A DNA stretch of 64,000 nt from Candidatus Latescibacterota bacterium (GTDB taxonomy: Bacteria > Latescibacterota > UBA2968 > UBA8231): NCBI GenBank assembly GCA_965221775.1, contig CBDCSU010000004.1, forward strand, positions 640,001-704,000, given 5' to 3'. A model generated the notes under the pieces. It did no database searches. It was not told the DNA's origin and saw nothing but the letters and a program-made list of their open reading frames with translations. Each line of letters opens with the position of its first letter. Positions within the stretch are counted from its first letter, which is position 1. A program made the position numbers and the translations under genes. Shown piece by piece: positions 38,213-48,161 of the stretch.

Positions 38213-38581
38213 TCAGGCGTAGCCCAGGGCCTCCAGCTGCTCCTCGTCGAAGCCCATGTAGTGGGCGATCTCGTGGACGAGGGTGATCTCCAGCTCCTCC
38301 TCCAGGTCGGCGAGGTCGGGGAAGTCATACTCCAGGGCGGCCTGGTAGATGCGGATCACGGCGGGCAGGTCGCCGGAGTCCTCCACCCGGCGCTCGGGCA
38401 GCGGCGTGCCGGAGAACAGGCCGTACACGTAGGTCTCCGGGTCGCCGTACATCTCGTCCATCAGCTCCCGTTCGGGCCAGTCCTCGACGATGACGGCGAG
38501 GTTGTCCATCGCCTCCCGGAAGGGCTCGGGGATGCGGGCCAGGGCGGCCTCCACCAGCGCCTCGAAGCGCTTGCGGTTCAC
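38213..38581 (-). CDS. Zinicin-like metallopeptidase
   Basis: YGLFSG.P, TLVHEIAHYMG. Confidence 0.85.
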   Translation of the reverse strand: MNRKRFEALVEAALARIPEPFREAMDNLAVIVEDWPERELMDEMYGDPETYVYGLFSGTPLPERRVEDSGDLPAVIRIYQAALEYDFPDLADLEEELEITLVHEIAHYMGFDEEQLEALGYA

Positions 38582-38594
38582 GGCTTGTCCGGTC

Positions 38595-41333
38595 CTATCG
38601 CAGCAGGAGCATCCGCCGGCGCAGGTAGAGACCGCCGACGAAGAGCTCGCAGTAGTAGTAGCCGCTGGCCGCCCGCAGGCCGCGCTCGTCGCGGCCGTCC
38701 CACTCGATCTGGAACACCCCCGGCGCCGCCTCCTGGTCGAGCAGGCGGCGCACCAGGCCGCCGAGGAGGGTGCGCACCTCCAGGGTCATGGGGCCGCTGC
38801 CGCCGAGGGAGGCCGGCAGGGGGGGCACACTGAACTCGATCACCGTGGTCTCGATGAAGGGGTTCGGGTAGTTCTGGGCCAGCTCGAAGCCGACGGGCCG
38901 CCGCGGGTCGGAGTTGAGGAAGGGGTTCCAGTCCACCGGGCCCGCCATGCGGGTCTCGATCTCCCCGGCCTCGGCCGTTCCCCACCAGTTGCGCCGCGCG
39001 TCGATACGGTGGGGCGTGGTGTTGACCACCAGGACCCCGGCCTCGACGACGGTGTTGAGCTGCAGGCGCAGGGGCACCGGGAAGCCCTCGGCCACGACCA
39101 CCGTGTCGACCTGGGCGAAGCGGTTGCGCAGGATCCGGGGCGCCGCGTGGGTGGACCGCAGGGCCAGCCGGTAGCCGGCCAGGTCGTTGCCCTCCAGCAG
39201 CACGGCCTCGGTGCGGCGCAGGTGCAGACCCAGCCCGGACCCGGAGAAGCGGTTGCCGTTGATGGTTCCCCGGGCCCCGTTCGCCATCACCAGGTCGGGG
39301 CCGGCCGAACCGGGGCCGTTCTCCCGCAGGTCCGAACCGGAGAGAAGCAGGAAGCCGCCCTCGCAGACGAGCCCCTGTCCACAGTGGCGCACCGAGAGGT
39401 CGTCGGCCTCGACGGGGGCGCCGCCGCGGAGGGCGATCCCCGCGCCGCCGGCGCCGGTCACCTCGACGCCGTGGAGGCGGACCGGACCGTCGACGGACTC
39501 CAGGAGCAGACCCGTGGCCGCCGGGTGCCGGATCTCCACCCTCGACAGGTTCTGGTGGCGCCCCGCCCCCTGGATGGTCAGGCCGTCGGTGGCGTGCTCG
39601 ATGGCGACCTCGTGCAGGTCCAGGACGCCGCTGGCCGAGACCTGGATGCCTCCCCAGTCCCCGGGGGCCGGCTGCGCCGCGGCGGAGGCGAAGAGCACGG
39701 GGCCGGTGGTGGTCAGGACGCCGTCGACGACGATCTGCCCCCGGTCGGGGTCGGTGCCGGCGCCGAGGCCGTCGGGCCCGACGAGGACGACGGTGCCGGC
39801 CTCCATGTGCAGGGCGGAGCCCGCGGGGACGCGCACGTCGCCGACGATCTCCACCGTGTCCCGCCACACCAGGTCGCGGACCCGCCCCGCCCGCCTCGGG
39901 TCCTCCACGGTCAGGTCGGCGGCGAAGCCGTCGGCGGTGCGCCGGATGCGGTTGACGTTCACCCGGTTGAAGGCCGGATTGGTCAGCGGCGACAGCTCGG
40001 TGAAGCGGACCCCGTCGTAGGGGTCGGTGGCGTCGCCCAGGTTGCCGGCGTGGGTCTCGTTGTACCCGGCGTCGAGGGACCAGAAGTCGAGGTTGTCCCC
40101 GCCCAGGGACGCCGAGGGGCCGGTGCCGAGGGGAAAGCCGGCGTCGGTGTAGCGTCCGTCGGCGCAGACCAGGTCGACGAGCTTGCGCCGCTCCAGGTCG
40201 TTGCTGCCGGCGGCCTCCTGGACGTGCCAGATGAGCACCCCGCTGGCGGGCAGGTCGCGGTCGTAGTGGCTGCCCCCGGCGCCGCGGTGCTCCACCAGCA
40301 GGTACTCGCCGTCTTCCACCGGCAGCTCGTAGACCCTGCCGCCGCGGTTCACGTCGGCCAGCGGCGCCCCCTCCATGGAGCCGGTCACCCGCACGAGACG
40401 CTCGTTGTCCTGGCCCAGCCATCCGAGCTGCCTGAGGCTCCAGGCGCAGAACGGGTTGGGACCGCGGTTGCTGTCGTTCCATCCCCGGAGGCCGTGGGCC
40501 ATCAGCCCCCAGTAGCCGATGCCGCCGGAGTGGCGGTCCAGCTCCGAGGCCGGATCGTAGCGCCGCACGTCGAGATCGTAGAGGTCGGGCAGGCCGAGGA
40601 GGTGGCCGATCTCGTGGGCGATGATGCCGGCCGCCTCGCCGAAGCTGCGGCCCCGCTGCAGGGTCCCGCCGCCGTCGGCGTCGGCGCGGACGCGGATGGG
40701 GTGCCCCCCCCGGCCCGTGTCCGAGGTACGGAAGGCGGTGGCGAGCCCCAGGCTGGCGACGCCGTTGGCGTCTCCGCGGATGAACCCCGTCGGCGTGGAC
40801 TGCACCACGAGGAGCACGAGGTCCACGTAGCCGTCGTCGTCGCCGGAGTCCGGCACGAGGTCCGGACCGTCGTCGTCGAAACGGCGGAAGTCGACGCCGG
40901 GGTCGGCATCGGCGGCGGCGAGGATCTGGCGGCTGAAGTTGCCGAAGAGGCCCGAGTCCCCCGCCAGGTAGTCCGAGGCGGGACCGGTGGAGGTGTAGAC
41001 CTTCGGCAGAACCTCCCCCTGCAGCCGGAACTGGCCGTGGGACATCTCGTGGAAGAAGTGGGAGAGGCTGCCCGGCAGGCCGGGGTCGAAGAGATCGCCG
41101 GCCCAGGAGGGCGCCTCCGAGGGCCCTTCCTCGCCGCGGAAGCGGGCGAAGACGACCAGCGCCCGCAGGCGGCCCTTGGAGGGCAGGGAGGCCGCCGCCG
41201 GGCGCAGGGCGGGGTCGAGGGCGTGACCGGAGAGACCGGCCGGGGCCGGCGCCGGGGCCAGGAGGCCGCACCCCGGCAGGAGCAGGGCGAGACGGACGAA
41301 GGTGATCCTGCAGCGTTGCCGGCCGGGGCCCAT
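38595..41333 (-). CDS. Secreted M6 (immune inhibitor A-like) metalloprotease with beta-helix and FlgD-Ig/T9SS-like C-terminal domain
   Basis: HEIGHLLGLPDLYD, GYWGLM, G.LIWHV; C-terminal QNYPNPF...WDGRD..G...ASGYY; start uncertain. Confidence 0.85.
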   Translation of the reverse strand: MGPGRQRCRITFVRLALLLPGCGLLAPAPAPAGLSGHALDPALRPAAASLPSKGRLRALVVFARFRGEEGPSEAPSWAGDLFDPGLPGSLSHFFHEMSHGQFRLQGEVLPKVYTSTGPASDYLAGDSGLFGNFSRQILAAADADPGVDFRRFDDDGPDLVPDSGDDDGYVDLVLLVVQSTPTGFIRGDANGVASLGLATAFRTSDTGRGGHPIRVRADADGGGTLQRGRSFGEAAGIIAHEIGHLLGLPDLYDLDVRRYDPASELDRHSGGIGYWGLMAHGLRGWNDSNRGPNPFCAWSLRQLGWLGQDNERLVRVTGSMEGAPLADVNRGGRVYELPVEDGEYLLVEHRGAGGSHYDRDLPASGVLIWHVQEAAGSNDLERRKLVDLVCADGRYTDAGFPLGTGPSASLGGDNLDFWSLDAGYNETHAGNLGDATDPYDGVRFTELSPLTNPAFNRVNVNRIRRTADGFAADLTVEDPRRAGRVRDLVWRDTVEIVGDVRVPAGSALHMEAGTVVLVGPDGLGAGTDPDRGQIVVDGVLTTTGPVLFASAAAQPAPGDWGGIQVSASGVLDLHEVAIEHATDGLTIQGAGRHQNLSRVEIRHPAATGLLLESVDGPVRLHGVEVTGAGGAGIALRGGAPVEADDLSVRHCGQGLVCEGGFLLLSGSDLRENGPGSAGPDLVMANGARGTINGNRFSGSGLGLHLRRTEAVLLEGNDLAGYRLALRSTHAAPRILRNRFAQVDTVVVAEGFPVPLRLQLNTVVEAGVLVVNTTPHRIDARRNWWGTAEAGEIETRMAGPVDWNPFLNSDPRRPVGFELAQNYPNPFIETTVIEFSVPPLPASLGGSGPMTLEVRTLLGGLVRRLLDQEAAPGVFQIEWDGRDERGLRAASGYYYCELFVGGLYLRRRMLLLR

Positions 41334-41570
41334 GGGCCTTAGACGAGCTGGGTCGAAGCGTGGTTCCGGGGGGCCTTGCCGAGCATGGGCAGCAACCCGA
41401 GGGCGACGGATCCGGCGAGCGGCGGGAGAGACGGGGAGTCGTCCCAATAAAGCCGGCCTCGCACTCGGCCGCGAGGGTTCCGCGGACTTTGACACGGGGA
41501 CGGTCCCCGGCTTCCTTCGGCGATGTCTGCAAACCCCATCATCTCCCGATTCTCACGGAAAGCAGGGATC

Positions 41571-42980
41571 ATGGCCGACGTCGACACCGTGCTCAAGATG
41601 ATCACCGATGGCAACCTGGAGTTCGTGGATCTCCGCTTCACCGATCCGAGGGGGCGCTGGCACCACGTGACCATGACCGCCGACGCCTTCGACGAGGACG
41701 CCTTCGAGGACGGCGTCATGTTCGACGGCTCCTCCATCAACGGCTGGAAGAGCATCGACCAGTCCGACATGGCCCTGCTCCCGGACCCGGACACCGCGAG
41801 CCTCGATCCCTTCATGACCGACCCGACCCTGTACCTCATCTGCAACGTCCACGAGCCGACCACGGGCGAGCGCTACTCGCGCTGCCCCCGGTGCACCGCC
41901 CGCGACGCCGAGGCCCACCTGCAGTTCTCCGGCATCGGCGACACCGCCTACTTCGGCCCCGAGCCGGAGTTCTTCCTCTTCGACGACGTGCGCTTCGGCG
42001 TCGAGGCGGACCACACCTTCTATTCCCTGGACGACGCCGAGGGGCCCTACAACCGGGGCCGCGAGGTCGAAGGCGGCAACAAGGGGCACCGGCCGCGCAC
42101 CAAGGGCGGCTACTTCCCGCTGCCGCCGGTCGACTCCGCCCAGGACATCCGCGCCGACATGCTCAAGGCCCTGCGCAGCGCCGGCGTCCCCGTCGAGAAG
42201 CACCACCACGAGGTCGCCGCCAGCCAGCACGAGCTGGGCATCGAGTTCGCGCCCCTGACGGTCATGGGCGACAAGCTCCAGGTCTACCGCTACGTCGTCC
42301 TCAACGTGGCCGGACAGCACGGCAAGTCGGCCACCTTCATGCCCAAGCCCGTGGTCGGCGACAACGGCTCCGGCATGCACATCAACCAGTCGCTGTGGAA
42401 GGACGGCGAGACCCTGTTCTCCGGGTCGGGGTACGCCGACCTCTCCGAGACCGCCCTCCACTACATCGCCGGCATCATGAAGCACGCCCGCGCCATCAAC
42501 GCCTTCGCCAATCCCAGCACCAACAGCTACAAGCGCCTGGTGCCCGGCTTCGAGGCCCCCGTGCTGCTGGCCTACTCCGCCCAGAACCGCTCGGCCTCGT
42601 GCCGCATTCCGCACTCGGCCTCGCCGCGGGCCAAGCGCGTCGAGATCCGCTTCCCCGACGCCACCGCCAACCCCTACCTGGCGTTCTCGGCCATGCTCAT
42701 GGCGGGCCTCGACGGCATCGAGAACCGCATCGATCCCGGCCCTCCCATGGACAAGGACCTGTACGCGCTCCCCCCCGAGGAGCTGAAGGACATCCCCACG
42801 GTGGCCGACTCCCTGCGCGGCGCCCTGGAGGCCCTCGACGCCGACCACGAGTTCCTGACGCGGGGCGACGTGTTCACCAGGGACCAGATCGACGCCTACA
42901 TCGAGCTCAAGGAGGAGGAGGTGGTGCGCTTCGAGCAGGCCCCCCACCCCGTCGAGTTCGACATGTACTACTCGATCTGA
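41571..42980 (+). CDS. glnA: Glutamine synthetase type I (GSI-beta)
   Basis: [40 protein letters not shown] adenylylation site. Confidence 0.98.
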   Translation: MADVDTVLKMITDGNLEFVDLRFTDPRGRWHHVTMTADAFDEDAFEDGVMFDGSSINGWKSIDQSDMALLPDPDTASLDPFMTDPTLYLICNVHEPTTGERYSRCPRCTARDAEAHLQFSGIGDTAYFGPEPEFFLFDDVRFGVEADHTFYSLDDAEGPYNRGREVEGGNKGHRPRTKGGYFPLPPVDSAQDIRADMLKALRSAGVPVEKHHHEVAASQHELGIEFAPLTVMGDKLQVYRYVVLNVAGQHGKSATFMPKPVVGDNGSGMHINQSLWKDGETLFSGSGYADLSETALHYIAGIMKHARAINAFANPSTNSYKRLVPGFEAPVLLAYSAQNRSASCRIPHSASPRAKRVEIRFPDATANPYLAFSAMLMAGLDGIENRIDPGPPMDKDLYALPPEELKDIPTVADSLRGALEALDADHEFLTRGDVFTRDQIDAYIELKEEEVVRFEQAPHPVEFDMYYSI

Positions 42981-42998
42981 AGCGCCGCCGGAGGCGAG

Positions 42999-45956
42999 AT
43001 GACGGGCGCGCCGCCGTCGAGCGTTCTGGCCGTTGCCGCCGGGACCCCGGGGTTCCAAGACCTGCGGGGTCACCGGCCGGACCAGGCCGCGGCCGGGATC
43101 GACCGGCTGGCGGAGGCGGCCGGCCGCGCCGGTCGCGAGACCCTCGCCGCAGCCCTGGAGTCCCCCGAGGGCCGGGTCTTCTTCTCCTTCCTCTGCGGCA
43201 ACAGCCCCTACCTGAGCCGCCTCCTGCTGCGGGACCTGGAGTTCACCCAGTCGCTGGTGGAAGAAGCCCCCGAGGCGGTCACCCGGCGGTTCCTCGCCGA
43301 GCTCGCCGCGGCCGACCCGGCCATGGACCGCGACCGGCTGATGAAGTTCCTGCGGCGCCAGCGCGGCCGCGCGGCCGTCGTCGCCGCGGTCTACGACTGC
43401 TTCGGTCTCCGCGGCGTCATGGAGTGCGCCGGGCTGCTGTCCGACATGGCCGATCACGCCGTGCGCCTCGCCGTGGCCCATCTCCTGCTGGGCCGGGTGC
43501 GGCGCGGCGACCTGGAGGCGCCCGCGGAAGAGGGCGGGTGGGGATACTTCGTCCTCGCCATGGGCAAGCACGGCTCCCGCGAGCTGAACTACTCCTCCGA
43601 CATCGATCTCATCGTCCTCTACGACCCGTCCCGCGTGCGCTACACCGGCCGCAAGAGCCCGGGCGACTGCTTCGCGCGGGTCACGCGCGACCTGACGGGC
43701 ATCCTGCAGTCCCGCACCGGCGACGGCTACGTCTTCCGCACCGACCTGCGCCTGCGCCCCGACCCCTCCTCGACGCCCCCGGCCGTCACCGTCGACTTCG
43801 CCCTCGACTACTACCTCCGCTTCGGCCGCACCTGGGAGCGCACCGCCCTGATCAAGGCCCGCCCCGTGGCCGGGGACCTGGCCGCGGGCGAGGCCTTCCT
43901 GGAGGAGCTGGCGCCGTTCATCTGGGACGAGGGGCTCGACTTCGCCTCGGTCGACGAGATCCGCTCCATGAGCCAGCAGATCCACGACTTCCACGGCCAC
44001 GGAGCCGTGACCGCCGCCGGCCACGACGTCAAGCTGGGGCGGGGCGGCATCCGCGAGATCGAGTTCTTCGTGCACATGCACCAGCTCGCCTTCGGGAGCC
44101 GCAACCGCCGCCTGAGGGGCCCCCGGCTGCTGGCGATGCTGGAGGTCCTCGACGGCGAGCACCACATCCTGCCGGCGGAGGCGGCCACCCTGCGCCGGGC
44201 CTACCTGCTGCTGCGGCGCGTCGAGCACCGCCTGCAGATGATCAACGACGACCAGACGCAGAAGCTGCCGGAGTCGACCGACGGCCTGGAGCACGTGGCC
44301 GCCCTAATGGGCCTGGCCTCGGCGCAGGAGCTGGAGGGCCTCGTCGAGCAGGCCTGCCTGGAGGTCCACGACCTCTACCGCACCCGCTTCGACGTCCCCG
44401 AGAGCGAGCAGGACATCACCGCGGTGATCCTCGACGGGCCGGAGGGCGGCAACCCCGACGCCGTGGAGCGGCTCGAGGCCGCCGGCTTCGCGCGGGCCCC
44501 CACGGCCGTCGAGATCCTCCGCGGATGGGCCGCGGGCCACCATCCCTCGACCGCCCCGGAGCGCTCCCGCGCCATCCTCCGCGAGATCCTCCACGAGATC
44601 ATCGAGGCCCTGGCGCGGACCCCCGACCCGGACCGCGCCCTGGCGCGCATGGACCGGTTCCTGGAGGCCCTCCCGGAGGAGATCTCGCTGTTCCCCATGC
44701 TCCGGGCCAACACCTGGCTCCTCCGTCTCGTGGCCATGGTGATGGGCAGCGCCCCCCGCATCGCCGACACCCTCGGCGGCCATCCCGGGCTCCTGAGGGC
44801 CGTCCTCGAGCCCGGCTTCTTCCTGCCGATCCCGGGCCGCGAGCAGCTGGCCGGCGAGCTGGGGGAACGCCTGGAGGGGCCGGAGGAGCCCGGGGAGCGC
44901 ATCGCGCAGGTGGCGGGCTGGGCCGGGGACCGCCGTTTCCAGGTGGGCGTGCAGTCCCTGGAGAACCTGATCACCGTGGACGAGGCCTCGGCCTCCCTCT
45001 CGCACGTGGCCGAGGTGGTCGTCGAGGTCCTCTTCCGGGACGTGCTCGCCGAGCTGGAGGCCCATCACGGCAGGCCCGGCGGGGGCTGCGCCGTGGTCGC
45101 CATGGGCAAGCTCGGGGCCGGGGAGATGACCTTCGAGTCCGACCTCGACCTGATGCTGGTGGCCGACGCCCCGGACGACGGGGAGACCACCGCCGGCCCC
45201 GCCCCCATCGAGGCGCGGCGCTTCTACGGGCGCGCCGCCCAGCGCCTCATCGCCGCTCTCGGGAGCCGCTCGGCCTCGGGCCCGCTCTACGAGGTCGACA
45301 TGCGCCTGCGGCCCTCGGGCGAGAGCGGGCCCCTGGTGACCACCCTGGAGGCTTTCCGCGAGTACCAGGCCGGCGCGGCGTGGACCTGGGAGCACATGTC
45401 GCTGACGCGGGCCCGCGTCCTCTGCGGCGACGCGGCCACGGCCGAGGCCGCGGGCCGGGAGATCCGGCAGGTCCTGACCCGCCCCCGCGACCCCGCGGCG
45501 CTGCTGCGGGACGTGGCCCGCATGCGCGACCGCATCGCCGCCGAGTACCCGCCGGGCGACCCCTTCGAGCTGAAGTACGCCCGCGGCGGCCTCGTCGACC
45601 TGGAGTTCACCGCCCAGTACCTGCAGCTGCTGCACGCCCACGACCGTCCCGAAGTCCTGGCCGGAGGCACCGCGGCCTGCTTCGAGGCCCTCGCCGACGC
45701 CGGCCTCGTCGAGGCGGAGGAAGCGCGTTTCCTCGCCGACGCCGTGCGCATGCAGCGCACCCTTCAGGCCCTGGTGCGGCTCACCTGGAACCAGGAGACC
45801 CCGGTGCGCGAGGCCCCCGAACCCTTGCGCCGGAAGCTGGCGGCGGCCCTGGCATGCACGGGATTCGACGAGCTGGAAGCCCGGCTCCGCGCCGCCCAGG
45901 AGAGGGCCTTCGGCCTCTACCAGGAGCGCATCGGCGGGCCGGCGGAGAGGGGGTAG
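42999..45956 (+). CDS. glnE: Bifunctional GS adenylyltransferase/adenylyl-removing enzyme
   Basis: Two NT domains: MGK.G..ELNYSSDIDL/DLRLRP and MGKLG..EM...SDLDL/DMRLRPSG. Confidence 0.95.
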   Translation: MTGAPPSSVLAVAAGTPGFQDLRGHRPDQAAAGIDRLAEAAGRAGRETLAAALESPEGRVFFSFLCGNSPYLSRLLLRDLEFTQSLVEEAPEAVTRRFLAELAAADPAMDRDRLMKFLRRQRGRAAVVAAVYDCFGLRGVMECAGLLSDMADHAVRLAVAHLLLGRVRRGDLEAPAEEGGWGYFVLAMGKHGSRELNYSSDIDLIVLYDPSRVRYTGRKSPGDCFARVTRDLTGILQSRTGDGYVFRTDLRLRPDPSSTPPAVTVDFALDYYLRFGRTWERTALIKARPVAGDLAAGEAFLEELAPFIWDEGLDFASVDEIRSMSQQIHDFHGHGAVTAAGHDVKLGRGGIREIEFFVHMHQLAFGSRNRRLRGPRLLAMLEVLDGEHHILPAEAATLRRAYLLLRRVEHRLQMINDDQTQKLPESTDGLEHVAALMGLASAQELEGLVEQACLEVHDLYRTRFDVPESEQDITAVILDGPEGGNPDAVERLEAAGFARAPTAVEILRGWAAGHHPSTAPERSRAILREILHEIIEALARTPDPDRALARMDRFLEALPEEISLFPMLRANTWLLRLVAMVMGSAPRIADTLGGHPGLLRAVLEPGFFLPIPGREQLAGELGERLEGPEEPGERIAQVAGWAGDRRFQVGVQSLENLITVDEASASLSHVAEVVVEVLFRDVLAELEAHHGRPGGGCAVVAMGKLGAGEMTFESDLDLMLVADAPDDGETTAGPAPIEARRFYGRAAQRLIAALGSRSASGPLYEVDMRLRPSGESGPLVTTLEAFREYQAGAAWTWEHMSLTRARVLCGDAATAEAAGREIRQVLTRPRDPAALLRDVARMRDRIAAEYPPGDPFELKYARGGLVDLEFTAQYLQLLHAHDRPEVLAGGTAACFEALADAGLVEAEEARFLADAVRMQRTLQALVRLTWNQETPVREAPEPLRRKLAAALACTGFDELEARLRAAQERAFGLYQERIGGPAERG

Positions 45957-45975
45957 CGGGAAGGGCGGTGCACAC

Positions 45976-46018
45976 AAAAAAACCGGTACCGGCCTGGAGC
46001 GAATCCGGCCGGTACCGG
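45976..46018 (-). terminator. Rho-independent terminator between convergent genes
   Basis: 12-bp stem CCGGTACCGGCC/GGCCGGTACCGG followed by T7 on the minus strand. Confidence 0.8.
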
Positions 46019-46056
46019 CGAAAATGGGTACTTCCGAACCCGCTTGAGGGCCCGGC

Positions 46057-46698
46057 CTAACGGCGCGAGTTCGCCTTCAGGGCGCCCCAGCTCATCTCGC
46101 TCACAGCGGTCCCGGCGTCGGCGACTCGCTGGTACTGCATCGTCTCCTCTCCCCCTTCCTCGGTGGCAGCGGTGATGGAGAGGGTATCGCCTTCGACGGC
46201 CCAGGTCACTTCCTCGCCGGAGAACTCGGCGAGGAAGTCCTGCTCACTCATCTCGCCGAGGAAGTCGTTGACGAAGGCCGCCTCGAAGGCCGGGTAGTCC
46301 TCCTCGGAGACGCCGGCGAACCCCGCGGCAATGGCGGCCAGGGCCCTGGCCACCTCGGTGAGGACTTCCATCATGGGGCGGCCGTCGACGAGCAACACCA
46401 ACTCGGTGACTTCGACCTGCATCTTGTCGCCGTCGATCTGGTAGGTGCCGGTGGCGTCCACGGTAATCGCCTCCACGGCAATGTCAGTGGAAGCGACCAC
46501 GCCCTGGAAGGCGGGGCCGAGCATGACCTTCTGGCTCATCTGGAATCCCCCGTCGGCGGTGAAGGTCAGGGTCACATCGACGTTGTTGCCCTCCTCGTCG
46601 ACGTGGCTCCCCTCCCAGGAGCCGTGGAGGGCCTCCTCGCCATGGAGCGGAAGGGCGAGCAGAGAGAGAAGCGGGACGGTGAACAGAATGCGGCGCAT
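46057..46698 (-). CDS. Secreted hypothetical protein with C-terminal AV...SWGALK motif
   Basis: Signal peptide, LHGSW lipocalin-like start, AGGAGG SD. Confidence 0.8.
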   Translation of the reverse strand: MRRILFTVPLLSLLALPLHGEEALHGSWEGSHVDEEGNNVDVTLTFTADGGFQMSQKVMLGPAFQGVVASTDIAVEAITVDATGTYQIDGDKMQVEVTELVLLVDGRPMMEVLTEVARALAAIAAGFAGVSEEDYPAFEAAFVNDFLGEMSEQDFLAEFSGEEVTWAVEGDTLSITAATEEGGEETMQYQRVADAGTAVSEMSWGALKANSRR

Positions 46699-46734
46699 GG
46701 GCCACCTCCTAATTGGGGTTTCTCGATGCGGGTG

Positions 46735-47034
46735 CTACATCTCCTTCACTTCCGCGACCTCCACCGGGGCGATGACGAGGAAGGGGCAGGATCTGGCGAT
46801 CTCCACGGCGGCCTCCAGGCTGTCGGCGCGGACGATGGAGAACCCCTGCAGGTTGACTCCCCCCTCCTCCGACACGCCCTCGGAGGTGACCACCTTGGAC
46901 GGACCGAGAGGGGTGCCGGGGTTGACCACGGCGTCGCCGAGGCCGCCGAGCCAGGCCATGAACTGAGCCCGGTGTCCCTCGGGGTCTTCCGGCATCTCGC
47001 CGCCGCCGTGATAGGCGATGATGTACTCGGCCAT
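46735..47034 (-). CDS. YCII-related protein
   Basis: YIIAYHGG...AWLGGLGDAVVNPG.PL...GFSIV.A.SLEAA..IA.SCP. Confidence 0.75.
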   Translation of the reverse strand: MAEYIIAYHGGGEMPEDPEGHRAQFMAWLGGLGDAVVNPGTPLGPSKVVTSEGVSEEGGVNLQGFSIVRADSLEAAVEIARSCPFLVIAPVEVAEVKEM

Positions 47035-47291
47035 GGGAGGATCCTTCTTCCTGTCAAATGGCAGACCCTTCAGACCAGGATGGGTTTCCTGGCAAGGGCG
47101 CCGAAGATGAGTTGCAAGGCGTCGCCACGGCGCCAGCCGGAGCGTGATTCCGTGCTCGCGCACCACGCCGGCTGCCGGAGGAAGCCATCAATCGATCTGA
47201 CAAAGGGGATGTGCCAAAAGAACGGGGTTTCCCGTAGATTGTCAAAGCGATGGGCCGCCGCCGCGGTCCACCCGGAACGAGGAGAGATCCG

Positions 47292-48155
47292 ATGCCCGCC
47301 CAGCTTCTCGAAGGAGCCCCCGTCGCCGACAGGATTCTCGCCGAGGTCGCCGAGAGGGTTGCGCGCCTGAAGGAGCGGGGGCACTCCGTCGGCCTCGGCA
47401 CGATCCTGGTGGGAGAGGACGCGCCGAGCGCCGGGTACGTGCGCAAGAAACACGAGACGGCGCGGCAGGTGGGCATCGAGTCATACCACCGCGAGCTGTC
47501 CTCGACCGCGTCCCCGGACGACCTGATCTACGCGGTGCGGGAGTACAACGACGACGACGGCGTCGACGCCTACCTGATCCAGTATCCCGTGCCCCCGGGG
47601 TTCGACTATGCCGCCGCCGTGGCCGCCATGGCGCCGGAAAAGGACGGCGACGGACTGCACCCCGAGAACCTCGGCCGCCTGGTGCTGCAGGAGCCGGGGC
47701 CGGTCCCGGCGACACCGGCGGGCATCCGCGAGATGCTCCTCCACTACGGGATCCCCGTCGAGGGGCGGGAGGTGGTGATCGTCGGCCGCGGGCCCACCCT
47801 CGGCCGCCCCCTGGCCCTGCTGCTGTCGCAGAAGGCGCCGGGGGCCAACGCCGCGGTCACCGTGGTTCACACCGGCGTCCGCCACATGGCCGCCTACACC
47901 CGGCGGGCCGACGTCCTCATCGCCGCCGCGGGCGTCCCCGGCATCGTCACCCGCGGGATGGTCCGCGAGGGAGCGGCGGTGGTCAGCGGCGGCATCACCT
48001 GGAAGGGGAAGCGCCTGATCCCCGACGTGGACGAGGACGTGGGCGAGGTCGCCTCGTGGATCACCCCGCGCCTGGGCGGCGTGGGACCGACGACGGTGGC
48101 CATGCTTCTGCGCAACGCCGTGACCTGCGCCGAGCGGCGCCGGGGACTCGCCTGA
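47292..48155 (+). CDS. folD: Methylenetetrahydrofolate dehydrogenase/cyclohydrolase
   Basis: ILVGED..S..YV.KK, KD.DGLHP.N.G.L, GR...GRPL, PRLGGVGPTT. Confidence 0.93.
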   Translation: MPAQLLEGAPVADRILAEVAERVARLKERGHSVGLGTILVGEDAPSAGYVRKKHETARQVGIESYHRELSSTASPDDLIYAVREYNDDDGVDAYLIQYPVPPGFDYAAAVAAMAPEKDGDGLHPENLGRLVLQEPGPVPATPAGIREMLLHYGIPVEGREVVIVGRGPTLGRPLALLLSQKAPGANAAVTVVHTGVRHMAAYTRRADVLIAAAGVPGIVTRGMVREGAAVVSGGITWKGKRLIPDVDEDVGEVASWITPRLGGVGPTTVAMLLRNAVTCAERRRGLA

Positions 48156-48161
48156 AGCCGG

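Noticed and set aside
41334-41570. Possible glnA riboswitch or sigma54/NtrC promoter upstream of glnA
   Set aside because: Only short GC hairpins and a TTGACA without a convincing -10; no glnA-motif or GG-N10-GC consensus seen
32622-46060. Very long Arg/Pro/Gly-rich ORFs (for example 1390 aa, 1566 aa, 984 aa) and many antisense ORFs
   Set aside because: Shadow frames caused by high GC; only the segments with family motifs were kept as genes
47035-47291. ZTP or THF riboswitch before folD; sigma54 site TTGGCAC on the minus strand
   Set aside because: Riboswitch core sequences not found; the -12 GC is missing
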